The notes under the pieces are model-generated. The model was not told the DNA's origin and searched no databases. It saw only the letters and a list, made by a program, of their open reading frames with translations. From an uncultured Chloroflexia bacterium (GTDB taxonomy: Bacteria > Chloroflexota > Limnocylindria > Limnocylindrales > CSP1-4), in contig CAVUSI010000002.1 in NCBI GenBank assembly GCA_963744115.1, positions 389,380 to 453,379 on the forward strand: a stretch of 64,000 bases of DNA, written 5' to 3'. This document shows positions 17,738 to 26,105 of this stretch, piece by piece (the first letter of the stretch is position 1; every line of letters starts with the position of its first letter). The position numbers were made by a program, and so were the translations under genes.

Positions 17738-18633
17738 GCCACGCCGAGATGGCCGACCTCGCCGAACCGGTCGCGACGCTCACCCGGCGCAACCGGGCTG
17801 GGCGAACGGGCCGTCGGGCCGTATCGAGCGGGCTGTGGTACATCGCCCTCGGGGCGGTGGCCTTCATCACGGTCTTCCCGTTCGCCTGGATGCTCCTCAC
17901 CTCGCTGAAGGGTCCGACCGACCCGATCACATCGGTGCCGCCGCAGTTCCTGCCCGCCAACCCGACCCTGGCGAACTACCAGCACGTGCTCGACGCGCTT
18001 CCGATCCCGAAGTTCTTCTTCAACAGCATCGTGGTGTCGGTCGCCGTCGGCGCGCTGAACGTGCTCGTCGCCGCGCTCGCCGCCTATCCGCTGGCGAAGA
18101 TGCGGTTCCCGGGGCGGGATGCGATCTTCTATCTCCTGCTCGCCACGCTGATCGTGCCGGCGCAGCTGACCTACATCCCGAGCTTCATCCTGGCCGTGAA
18201 CGTCTTCCACTACTACGACACGCTGCCGGCCCTGATCTTCCCGAACATCGTGAGCGCGTTCAACATCTTCCTTTTGCGGCAGGCGTTCCGCGGCGTCCCC
18301 AACGATCTCATCGATGCCGCCCGGGTCGACGGGGCGGGGGAGTGGCGGATCTGGTGGCAGATCCTCCTGCCGATCGTCCGGCCGTCGCTTGCGGCGGTCG
18401 CGATCTTCACCTTCGTCACGTCGTGGAACGACTTCCTGTGGCCATCCCTCATGCTCCACACTCGCGACGGGATGACCCTGCCGGTCGGGCTGGCGGCCCT
18501 CCAGGGGTTCTTTTCGTCCGACGCCCGCGCCATCGCTGCCGGGGTGACGATGACCGTCACCCCGATCCTGATCTTCTTCGTCCTCGTCCAGCGCTACTTC
18601 GTGCGCGGCCTGGCCGGAGCGGTCAAGGGCTGA
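17734..18633 (+). CDS. carbohydrate ABC transporter permease (MalG/UgpE-like)
   Basis: Last 299 codons of ORF 17266..18633 from ATG 17734 (ATGA overlap). AARVDGAGEWRIWWQILLPIVRP. Confidence 0.9.
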   Translation: MSHAEMADLAEPVATLTRRNRAGRTGRRAVSSGLWYIALGAVAFITVFPFAWMLLTSLKGPTDPITSVPPQFLPANPTLANYQHVLDALPIPKFFFNSIVVSVAVGALNVLVAALAAYPLAKMRFPGRDAIFYLLLATLIVPAQLTYIPSFILAVNVFHYYDTLPALIFPNIVSAFNIFLLRQAFRGVPNDLIDAARVDGAGEWRIWWQILLPIVRPSLAAVAIFTFVTSWNDFLWPSLMLHTRDGMTLPVGLAALQGFFSSDARAIAAGVTMTVTPILIFFVLVQRYFVRGLAGAVKG

Positions 18634-18634
18634 C

Positions 18635-20251
18635 GTGGCGGCCGGATCGGACGACGCCATCCTCGATCGGCTGATGCTGGCGTTCGAGGGGACACGATTG
18701 CCGGCGGCGATGGCCCGCCGCCTGCGCGATGCGCCGGCCGCCGGGGTCACTCTCTTCCGATGGTCGAACGTGGAGTCGCCGGGCCAGCTCCGCGAGCTGA
18801 CGGACGCCATCCACGGCGCCGGGAGGCGCTCGAGCGGCCCGCCGCGGCTGGTGGCCGCGGACCAGGAGGGAGGGCAGCTCGTCGCCCTGGGTCCGGGGAC
18901 CACTGCGTTCCCGGGGGCGATGGCGCTCGGGGCCACGGGCGACCCCGTCCTCGCCGAGCGCGTCGCCCTGGCGATCGGTCGGGAGCTGCTCGCGATGGGG
19001 ATCACCGTCGCCTATGCGCCTGTCCTCGACGTGGCCACGAGCCCGGTCAACCCGGCCGTCGGGACCCGCGCGTTCGGCGACGACCCGACGGCCGTCGCCG
19101 CGATGGGCGCGGCCACGATCCGCGGCCTCCACGCGGTCGGGGTCGCAGCGACGGCGAAGCACTTCCCGGGGATCGGCGACATGACCGTGGACAGCCATCT
19201 CCGGCTGGCTGCGGCTGCCGGCGATCGGGCGCGGCTCGATGCCGTCGAGCTGGCGCCCTTCCGAGCCGCGATCCGGGCGGGCGTCGACCTGGTCATGTCC
19301 GGCCACATCGGGATCCCGGCGATCACCGGCGACCCGACGCTGCCCGCGACGCTCTCGCGGCGGGTCATGGACGGGCTGCTCCGGCGGGACCTCGGGTTCC
19401 GCGGCGTCTCGATCACCGATGCCCTGGACATGCGCGCGCTCGCCCAGGGGCCCGACCAGGCCATCGACGTCATCGCTGCGATCGTCGCCGGCGTCGACCT
19501 CCTCCTGTCCGCGCCCGACCCCGCGGCACGGCGGCGGATCGAGGGGACCCTGGTCCGGGCCGCCGCCCGTGGCCTGTTCCCCGACGCCGGGCTCCGCGCG
19601 TCGACCCGGCGGGTGCTGGACCTCCGGCGCCGCCTCGGGCGGACGCTCGCCGCCCCGGACCGTCCCGACGTCGCGATCGTCGGGGGCCGTGAGCATCGCG
19701 CCCTGGCCCGCGAAGTGGCCGAACGGTCGGTGACCCTCGTCCGCGACGATGCGGGGCTGCTGCCGATCCGACTGGCGCGGGGAGCCCGCGTCGTTGCGGT
19801 CATGCCGCATCCGAAGGACCTGACCCCGGCCGACACGTCGTCGGAGGTGGCGCCCGGGCTCGCGTCGGCGTTGCGAGCCGCCTGGCCGGACGCGACCGTC
19901 GAGGAGCTGACCACGGCCCATCCGCCGACGGACGAGGAGATCGCGTCGGTCCGCATCCGGGCGACGGGCGCCGATCTGGTCGTCATCGGCACCATCGATG
20001 CGGCGCGCGACCGACGACAGGTAGCCGTGGTCGAGGCGCTCCTGGCCGGTGATCGACCCGTCGTGACGGTGGCGCTCCGGACGCCCTGGGACATCGAGGC
20101 CTATCCGGGCGCGGCGACCAACCTGGCGACCTACTCGATCCTTCCGGAGTCGATGGCCGCCCTCGCCGGGATCCTCGCAGGTCGCCTGGAGCCGTCCGGC
20201 CGGCTGCCCGTCCGGGTGACGCGAGACGCCCGACCACGGGTCGGCGCCTAG
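18635..20251 (+). CDS. glycoside hydrolase family 3 (beta-N-acetylhexosaminidase/NagZ-like)
   Basis: ORF 18635..20251. AADQEGGQLV, KHFPGIGD, GVSITDALDM. Confidence 0.85.
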   Translation: MAAGSDDAILDRLMLAFEGTRLPAAMARRLRDAPAAGVTLFRWSNVESPGQLRELTDAIHGAGRRSSGPPRLVAADQEGGQLVALGPGTTAFPGAMALGATGDPVLAERVALAIGRELLAMGITVAYAPVLDVATSPVNPAVGTRAFGDDPTAVAAMGAATIRGLHAVGVAATAKHFPGIGDMTVDSHLRLAAAAGDRARLDAVELAPFRAAIRAGVDLVMSGHIGIPAITGDPTLPATLSRRVMDGLLRRDLGFRGVSITDALDMRALAQGPDQAIDVIAAIVAGVDLLLSAPDPAARRRIEGTLVRAAARGLFPDAGLRASTRRVLDLRRRLGRTLAAPDRPDVAIVGGREHRALAREVAERSVTLVRDDAGLLPIRLARGARVVAVMPHPKDLTPADTSSEVAPGLASALRAAWPDATVEELTTAHPPTDEEIASVRIRATGADLVVIGTIDAARDRRQVAVVEALLAGDRPVVTVALRTPWDIEAYPGAATNLATYSILPESMAALAGILAGRLEPSGRLPVRVTRDARPRVGA

Positions 20252-20284
20252 GATGGGCCGACGCCACATGAGCACGATGCCACC

Positions 20285-21319
20285 GTGACCCTGCGCGACG
20301 AGATCCTCGAGCAGCCCGCCGCAGCCGAGCGCCAGCTCGATTCGAGCCGCCCGGCGATCGATGCCCTGGTCGCCCGTCTGCGCGCCGAGCCGATCGATCA
20401 CGTCGTGATCGCGGCACGGGGCACCTCGGACCATGCGGCCATCTACGCGCAGTACCTCCTCGGCACGGTCCATCGCCTGCCGGTGGCCCTGGCGACCCCG
20501 TCGATCCTGTCCCTCTACGGCGTCGTGCCGCGGTTCGCCCGCGCCCTCGTCGTCGGCATCAGCCAGTCGGGCGCATCGCCGGACGTCGTCGGGGTGGTCG
20601 AGGCGGGTCGCCGCCAGCACGTCCCGACACTGGCGATCACGAACGATCCGGACAGCCCGCTCGCCATGGCGGCGGAGTTCGTGATCACCCTGGCCGCCGG
20701 ACCCGAGCGCGCCGTCGCCGCGACCAAGACGTACACGACCTCGCTCCTCGCCATCGCCCGGTTGTCCGCCGAGCTCCTCGACGAGGCCGATTCGCGGGCG
20801 GCCGTGGCGGGCATCCCGGACGCGCTCGGGCAGGCGCTGACCGTCGAGCCGGAGGTCGAGCGGATCGCCGGCGAGCTCGCCGGCGCCGACCGCTGCCTCG
20901 TCCTCGGGCGGGGCTACGAGTACGCCACGGCGCGCGAATGGGCGCTCAAGCTCAAGGAGCTCGCTCGGGTGTTCGCCGACCCGTACTCCGCGGCGGACTT
21001 CCAGCACGGTCCGGTCGCCCTCGTCGGGACCGGCGTGCCCGTGCTCGCGGTCGTTCCCGAGGGGGTCGCCTCGGCGGGGATGGTCGAGCTGCTCACCCGC
21101 TTGCGGGACCGCGGCGCCGATCTCCTCGTCCTGTCGGACTCGGCGGCGATCCGGGCGGTCGGCACACGGTCGATCGCCCTACCTCCGGACATCCCGGAGT
21201 GGCTCCGGCCGATCGTCTCGATCGTCCCCGGGCAGCTGTACGCCTATCACCTGACGCGGGCGCGCGGCCTCGATCCGGAAGCACCACGGAACCTGAGCAA
21301 GGTGACCCGGACCAACTGA
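20285..21319 (+). CDS. SIS-domain sugar-phosphate isomerase/deaminase (GlmS C-terminal-like, NagB-II/AgaS type)
   Basis: ORF 20285..21319 with two SIS modules. VVGISQSGASPDVV and AATKTYTTSL. Confidence 0.8.
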   Translation: MTLRDEILEQPAAAERQLDSSRPAIDALVARLRAEPIDHVVIAARGTSDHAAIYAQYLLGTVHRLPVALATPSILSLYGVVPRFARALVVGISQSGASPDVVGVVEAGRRQHVPTLAITNDPDSPLAMAAEFVITLAAGPERAVAATKTYTTSLLAIARLSAELLDEADSRAAVAGIPDALGQALTVEPEVERIAGELAGADRCLVLGRGYEYATAREWALKLKELARVFADPYSAADFQHGPVALVGTGVPVLAVVPEGVASAGMVELLTRLRDRGADLLVLSDSAAIRAVGTRSIALPPDIPEWLRPIVSIVPGQLYAYHLTRARGLDPEAPRNLSKVTRTN

Positions 21320-21368
21320 CAACCGGACCAGCTGACGGCCGGACCGGTCTCGGACGGCGGGCCCGTGA

Positions 21369-23030
21369 TCAGAAGCTGATCGGGGCCCGCAGGATGACCG
21401 CCTCGCGTGGGAGGAGATCGAGGGTCGCGCCGTCGAGCGGGGTGCGATCCTGTCCGACCGTCGAGTAGGCCGGCTGCCAGGTCAGCGCCGCCGTCGCCGG
21501 ATCCTCGAGCGGGACCGTCGTGGGCTCGGCGGTGAGGTTGATCGCCACGAGGACGGCCTCGCCCGGGGCGTCGCGGCGGTAGGCGAGGACCCCGCCTCGG
21601 GCCCGGACGACCCAGCGGAACGAGCCCGTCTGGAGCGCGATGAGCGCACGGCGCACGGCGAGCAGCCGACGGTAGGCCGACAGCACCGAGTCCGGGTCCG
21701 CCGACTGGCTCGCCACGTTCCGGGTCGCGAGGTCGGGAGCCATCCGCAGCCACGGCCGGCCGGTCGTGAACCCACCGTTCGGGCCGTCGGTCCAGGGCAT
21801 CGGGGCGCGGCACTGGTCGCGGTTCCACCACAGCTGCGTGAAGGGCCAGAAGCGTCGAGCCGGCGGGTCGACGATCTCCCTGCGGGGGACGTGGATGTCG
21901 CCCAGCCCGATCTCCTCGCCGTAGTACAGGAACGGCGTCCCGCGGAGCGTCAGGAGCAGGACCGCGGCCGCCTTGGCGACGGCATCGCGCTCGGGGCCCG
22001 TGGCGTGGCGGGTCGCCTCGCGCGGCTGGTCGTGGTTCGACAGGACGACCGTGGGCCAGCGCCCCGGGCCGTAGGCCGCCTCGCGCTCGTCGATCGCACC
22101 CGCCAGGGCGTCCGCGGTCCACGGCTGCTCGAGCAACAGGAAGTCGAGGACGAGATGGCGTGGCCCGACGTAGCGGGCCCCGAGCGCCGGAGGCCCCTCG
22201 AACAGCTCGCCGACGGACATCCGGCCTGGCACCGCGTCGACGATGGCGCGGAACTCGCGCAGGAGCTCTTCCAGGTCCGGCTGGTCCTTGTCATGGATAT
22301 GGACCTGCCGATTCCAGCCACGGAACCGGGCGATCCCCTTCGGTCCCGGGACCCGCGGCGGGTTCGAGGCGAAGGTCGGATCCTTGAAGAACGCGTTGAA
22401 TACGTCGAGCCGGAACCCGTCGACGCCATGCCCGAGCCAGCCCCGGATCATTTCCAGCTGGGCCGCCCGGACCGCGGGCAGGCGCCAGTTCAGGTCCGGC
22501 TGCTCGGCCAGGAAGATGTGCATGTAGAACTGCTCACGCCGCGGCTCCCACTGCCAGGCGCCGCCGCCGAACAGCGACTGCCAGTTGTTCGGCGGGATGG
22601 GTTTGCCGCGACGCCAGCCGGCCGGGTCGCGCCACAGGTACCAGTCGGCGTGCTCGCTGGTCCGACTCGATCGGGAGTCCTCGAACCACGCGTGCCGGTC
22701 ACTGGTGTGGTTGAGGACGAGATCCAGAACGACCGCGATGCCGCGGTCGTGGGCCTCGCCGACCAGGCGGTCGAAGTCGGCCATCGTGCCGAACAGCGGG
22801 TCGATCGCGGCATGGTCCGACACGTCGTAGCCGACGTCGAGACCGGGGGACGGGTAGATCGGCGACAGCCACAGGGCGTCGACGCCGAGCGCCTCGAGGT
22901 GGTCGAGATGAGCGGTGATCCCGGGCAGGTCGCCGACGCCGTCGCCGTCGCTGTCGGCGAAGCTGCGCGGATAGATCTGGTAGATGACCCCGCGCTGCCA
23001 CCAATCCGTCGAACCGGCGCGCATCGGCAT
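21369..23030 (-). CDS. GH13 alpha-glucosidase / oligo-1,6-glucosidase family
   Basis: ORF 21369..23030. WWQRGVIYQIYPRSF, DLVLNHTS, GVDGFRLDV, LSNHDQPR. Confidence 0.9.
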   Translation of the reverse strand: MPMRAGSTDWWQRGVIYQIYPRSFADSDGDGVGDLPGITAHLDHLEALGVDALWLSPIYPSPGLDVGYDVSDHAAIDPLFGTMADFDRLVGEAHDRGIAVVLDLVLNHTSDRHAWFEDSRSSRTSEHADWYLWRDPAGWRRGKPIPPNNWQSLFGGGAWQWEPRREQFYMHIFLAEQPDLNWRLPAVRAAQLEMIRGWLGHGVDGFRLDVFNAFFKDPTFASNPPRVPGPKGIARFRGWNRQVHIHDKDQPDLEELLREFRAIVDAVPGRMSVGELFEGPPALGARYVGPRHLVLDFLLLEQPWTADALAGAIDEREAAYGPGRWPTVVLSNHDQPREATRHATGPERDAVAKAAAVLLLTLRGTPFLYYGEEIGLGDIHVPRREIVDPPARRFWPFTQLWWNRDQCRAPMPWTDGPNGGFTTGRPWLRMAPDLATRNVASQSADPDSVLSAYRRLLAVRRALIALQTGSFRWVVRARGGVLAYRRDAPGEAVLVAINLTAEPTTVPLEDPATAALTWQPAYSTVGQDRTPLDGATLDLLPREAVILRAPISF

Positions 23031-23043
23031 GCGCCTGGGACCG

Positions 23044-23976
23044 CTACAGCCCGGAGTAGGCGTGGAGGCCGGAGAACCAGAGGCTGCCGGAGTAGGTCAC
23101 CAGGACCATCCCGAACCCGACCACCAGGAGCAGGGCCGCGGGCCGGCCGGCCCAGGCCTTCTGGTTGCGGGCGTGGAGGTAGACGGCATAGACGAGCCAT
23201 GTCACGAGGGCGGCGGTCTCCTTGGGGTCCCAGCCCCAGTACCGCGACCAGGCGATCGACGCCCACCATGAGCCGAGGATGATCATCGTGGCGAAGATCG
23301 GGAAGCCGATGATGACTGCCCGGTAGGCGACCTCGTCGAGGACCTTGTGGGTCGGCAGCCAGCTGAACCGGTCCTGCTGGCCCTGGACGAGGTAACCGAC
23401 GCCGGCCGCGAAGGCCGTGGCGAAGATGCCGTAGGCGGTCACGGCCATCCCGACGTGGATCGTCAGCAGCGGCGCGTTCTGGAGCGCCGGGACGAGCGGC
23501 TTGACCTCGTTCGGGAGGCTGCTCGCGTAGAGGAGCAGCGCCAGGGCCACCCCGAACGGGATGAACCCGAGCGAGCGGATCGGGTAGCGCCGCTCGAGCA
23601 GCTGGTAGCCGAGCAGGATGGTGAACCCGAAGGCGACCGTGAACTCGAACATGTTGCCCCACGGCCCGCGACCGACCGACAGCGCCCGGAACACGAGGGA
23701 CAGCCCGAGCAGGGCGACCGCCGCCCAGCCGAGCCCCGTCGAGACGCCCGACAGCGGACTCGTCGGCTCGATCGTCTCCCGGCCCGGCCGCCGCGCGGCC
23801 TGTTCGGCGAACGAACCGCTGACGACCCCGGCGAAGGCGGGTTGCGGCGCGGTGGCCAGCCGCGGCAGGGTGCGGCGCCCATTGGCGAGCATCACGGCAT
23901 GGCCGACATGCGCGGCGAAGGTCAGGGCGACGACGACGACGCCGACCGAGAACAGGAGCTGGGCCAGCTGGGCCAT
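23044..23976 (-). CDS. ccsA: c-type cytochrome biogenesis protein CcsA/ResC
   Basis: Last 310 codons of ORF 23044..25140 from ATG 23976. Multi-TM with the Trp-rich haem-handling motif WSRYWGWDPKE. Confidence 0.85.
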   Translation of the reverse strand: MAQLAQLLFSVGVVVVALTFAAHVGHAVMLANGRRTLPRLATAPQPAFAGVVSGSFAEQAARRPGRETIEPTSPLSGVSTGLGWAAVALLGLSLVFRALSVGRGPWGNMFEFTVAFGFTILLGYQLLERRYPIRSLGFIPFGVALALLLYASSLPNEVKPLVPALQNAPLLTIHVGMAVTAYGIFATAFAAGVGYLVQGQQDRFSWLPTHKVLDEVAYRAVIIGFPIFATMIILGSWWASIAWSRYWGWDPKETAALVTWLVYAVYLHARNQKAWAGRPAALLLVVGFGMVLVTYSGSLWFSGLHAYSGL

Positions 23977-24461
23977 CACGCCGCCGCCGCGCCACCCGGC
24001 GGCGGACCAGCCGGCTGGAGGTGACGGGTCTGGGCGTTCTTGTCGATCCGCAGGATCAGGCCGCAGTTCTCGCAGGTGTCGATCCGGGCCTGGCGGCCGA
24101 TCCCGCACTTCGGGCAGGTCACCACGAGCTCGTCCTGGCACCCATCGCAGACCGTCGAGCCGCTGGGGTAGATCAGGCCGTCCCGCGCGCAGTAGGGGTA
24201 GCCGGTCGGATAGACGGGCTGTCCGGCGGCATCGAGCGGAGCGGCTCGGGGGCCCTCGTCGATCTTGAGCTTCGGGCGCGGCTTGCGGATCAGGTAGATC
24301 ACCCAGACGAGCACGATCAGGCTGATCAGCGGGCCGATGATCCCGATGAGCACGAAGAGGGGGAGCAGCCCGATGAGCGCACCCCAGTCCGGGACGACGA
24401 ACTTCGCGGTCAGGTCGAGGATCTGATTCCAGATCTGGCCGAGCTGGTCGATGATGCTCAC
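23976..24461 (-). CDS. membrane protein with C-terminal double zinc-ribbon (unknown function)
   Basis: ORF 23976..24461 whose stop overlaps the ccsA ATG by 1 nt. One or two TM helices, then CDGCQDELVVTCPKCG...CENCG. Confidence 0.6.
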   Translation of the reverse strand: MSIIDQLGQIWNQILDLTAKFVVPDWGALIGLLPLFVLIGIIGPLISLIVLVWVIYLIRKPRPKLKIDEGPRAAPLDAAGQPVYPTGYPYCARDGLIYPSGSTVCDGCQDELVVTCPKCGIGRQARIDTCENCGLILRIDKNAQTRHLQPAGPPPGGAAAA

Positions 24462-24467
24462 GGCGGC

Positions 24468-24473
24468 ATTCTA
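24468..24473 (-). promoter_or_regulatory. -10-like TAGAAT 6 nt before GTG 24461 (leaderless-type, overlaps the upstream stop)
   Basis: Minus strand TAGAAT-gccgcc-GTG. Confidence 0.3.
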
Positions 24474-25052
24474 GCCGGGACCGCCGCTCCGGCGTGGTCG
24501 GCCGCGCTTCGGATTCCCGGTCTTCTTCGTCGCCCCGCGGCCGGGCTTCCAGCCGAGACGGTCGGGATCGGCAGCGGGGTCCTCGCCGCTCCCCGCGACC
24601 CCGTGCCCCGCGCTCGGCTTCGGCGGTCGCGGCCTGCCCGAGCTCGGAGCGCTCAAGACGCCGCGGTCGAGGCGGCGGGTCAGCCAGACCGCGCCCGCGC
24701 TCCGCCCGCCACGCCGCCGGACGCGCTGGCCCAGCTCGATGTCGTCGGTGATCACCAGGATTCCGTCGCCGGCCGCATGCGCCGCGTCCGGCGTCCCGCC
24801 GCTGCCGATCGCATCGGCGACGAGGCGCTCGATGAGCCGGTCGGCCGACATCGAGCCACTGTGGCGGACGGTCAGTCCGGACGCGATCCGCGTCCCATGC
24901 AGGCCGCGGTCGGGCGGCCCGTCGAAGATCAGCTCGATCCGGATCGGAGCGGGGATGACGGCGCGCAACCGACCGACCAGGGTCGCGGCCGGCGCCGGGC
25001 GACCCTTGCCCCGCCCGAGGGCGTGGAGCAGGTTCGATCCGTCGATGATCAT
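24471..25052 (-). CDS. NYN/PIN-like (YacP-type) predicted RNA-binding/RNase domain protein with basic tail
   Basis: Last 193 codons of ORF 24471..25682 from ATG 25052. MIIDGSNLLHAL...ILVITDDIEL, then an Arg/Lys/Pro-rich C-terminus. Confidence 0.6.
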   Translation of the reverse strand: MIIDGSNLLHALGRGKGRPAPAATLVGRLRAVIPAPIRIELIFDGPPDRGLHGTRIASGLTVRHSGSMSADRLIERLVADAIGSGGTPDAAHAAGDGILVITDDIELGQRVRRRGGRSAGAVWLTRRLDRGVLSAPSSGRPRPPKPSAGHGVAGSGEDPAADPDRLGWKPGRGATKKTGNPKRGRPRRSGGPG

Positions 25053-25157
25053 CCGCTCGGTGCCGGCGAGCGGGTCGGCGTGGTCGGGGCGACGATCGCG
25101 GGCCGGACGGATCGGGGGAGTCACCCGAGCATCGTCCCACGTCGAAGGCCCCCCGGC

Positions 25158-25163
25158 TACGAT
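25158..25163 (+). promoter_or_regulatory. -10-like TACGAT 6 nt before GTG 25170 (leaderless-type)
   Basis: TACGAT-gcgtcg-GTG. Confidence 0.35.
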
Positions 25164-25169
25164 GCGTCG

Positions 25170-26018
25170 GTGCTCCTCCTGGTCGACCTCGACGGCGTCG
25201 TCTATCGCGGAAGTGCGCCCGTCCCGGGTGTGGCCGCCGTGCTGAGCGACCGCGCGTCCAAGGGCGACGACGTCGTCTACGTCACCAACAACTCGATGCA
25301 CTACCGGGCCGACTACGTCGCCCGCCTCGCGGCGATGGGCGCGCCGGTGACCCCGGAGCGGGTCGTCAGCTCGCCGCGGGCCACGGCGTTGTGGCTGGCC
25401 GAGCAGGTGCCACGGCCCCGGCGCGTCCTCGCCTTCGGCGGATCGGGGATGCGCCGCGAGCTCGAGGACCTCGGGTTCGAGGTGGTCACGGCCGCCGACG
25501 CGGCGGCTCGCTCGACGGCCGAGGGCATCGACGGGTTCGAGGCCGCCGGCCGACCCGACGCCGTCGTCGTCGGGCTCGACCCGGACGTCACCTATGAGCG
25601 GCTGGCCGTGGCGACCGATGCGGCCCGGGCCGGCGCGCTGTTCGTGGTCACCAACCGCGATCCCATCTACCCCACCGAGCACCGCCTGATGCCGGGGGCC
25701 GGGTCGATGGTCGCCGCGGTCGAGACCGCGTCCGGCGTGACGCCGATCTCGATCGGCAAGCCGGCACCGCTGCTGCTGGTCGAGGCCGCCCGGGCGGTCG
25801 GCGCCGATCCACGCGACGCGGTGATGATCGGCGACGGGATCGTGACCGACCTCGCCGCGGCCCGGGCGGTCGGGGCCCGCTGCGTCCTGATGCTCACCGG
25901 CGTGACGAGCCGCGCCCAGATCGAGGCGCTGCCCTCGGCCGACCGCCCGACGGCCGTGGCCGCCGACGCGACCGAGCTGGCGGCGATCCTCGAGCGGCTA
26001 GGCGCGGACCTCGGCTGA
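25170..26018 (+). CDS. HAD-IIA family hydrolase (NagD-like sugar phosphatase)
   Basis: Last 282 codons of ORF 24021..26018. LLVDLDGVVY, VYVTNNS, KP..., MIGDGIVTD. Confidence 0.85.
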   Translation: MLLLVDLDGVVYRGSAPVPGVAAVLSDRASKGDDVVYVTNNSMHYRADYVARLAAMGAPVTPERVVSSPRATALWLAEQVPRPRRVLAFGGSGMRRELEDLGFEVVTAADAAARSTAEGIDGFEAAGRPDAVVVGLDPDVTYERLAVATDAARAGALFVVTNRDPIYPTEHRLMPGAGSMVAAVETASGVTPISIGKPAPLLLVEAARAVGADPRDAVMIGDGIVTDLAAARAVGARCVLMLTGVTSRAQIEALPSADRPTAVAADATELAAILERLGADLG

Positions 26019-26105
26019 GCTGCCGGCCGCGGCGTCGGTCCGGCCGTCCTGCGAGCCGGCCGTCGGCCCGGCGTCCTCCGACGAGCACGGCTTCGAACCG
26101 TTCGA

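Noticed and set aside
23044-25140. 698-aa ORF as one protein. Likewise 24021..26018 (665 aa), 24471..25682, 124..1545, 26106..30017 (N-terminal 150 aa) and 44560/12851/52976-type N-terminal extensions.
   Set aside because: Only the C-terminal parts show homology and GC3 periodicity. Internal starts with SD sequences, leaderless -10 hexamers or stop-start overlaps give family-typical lengths.
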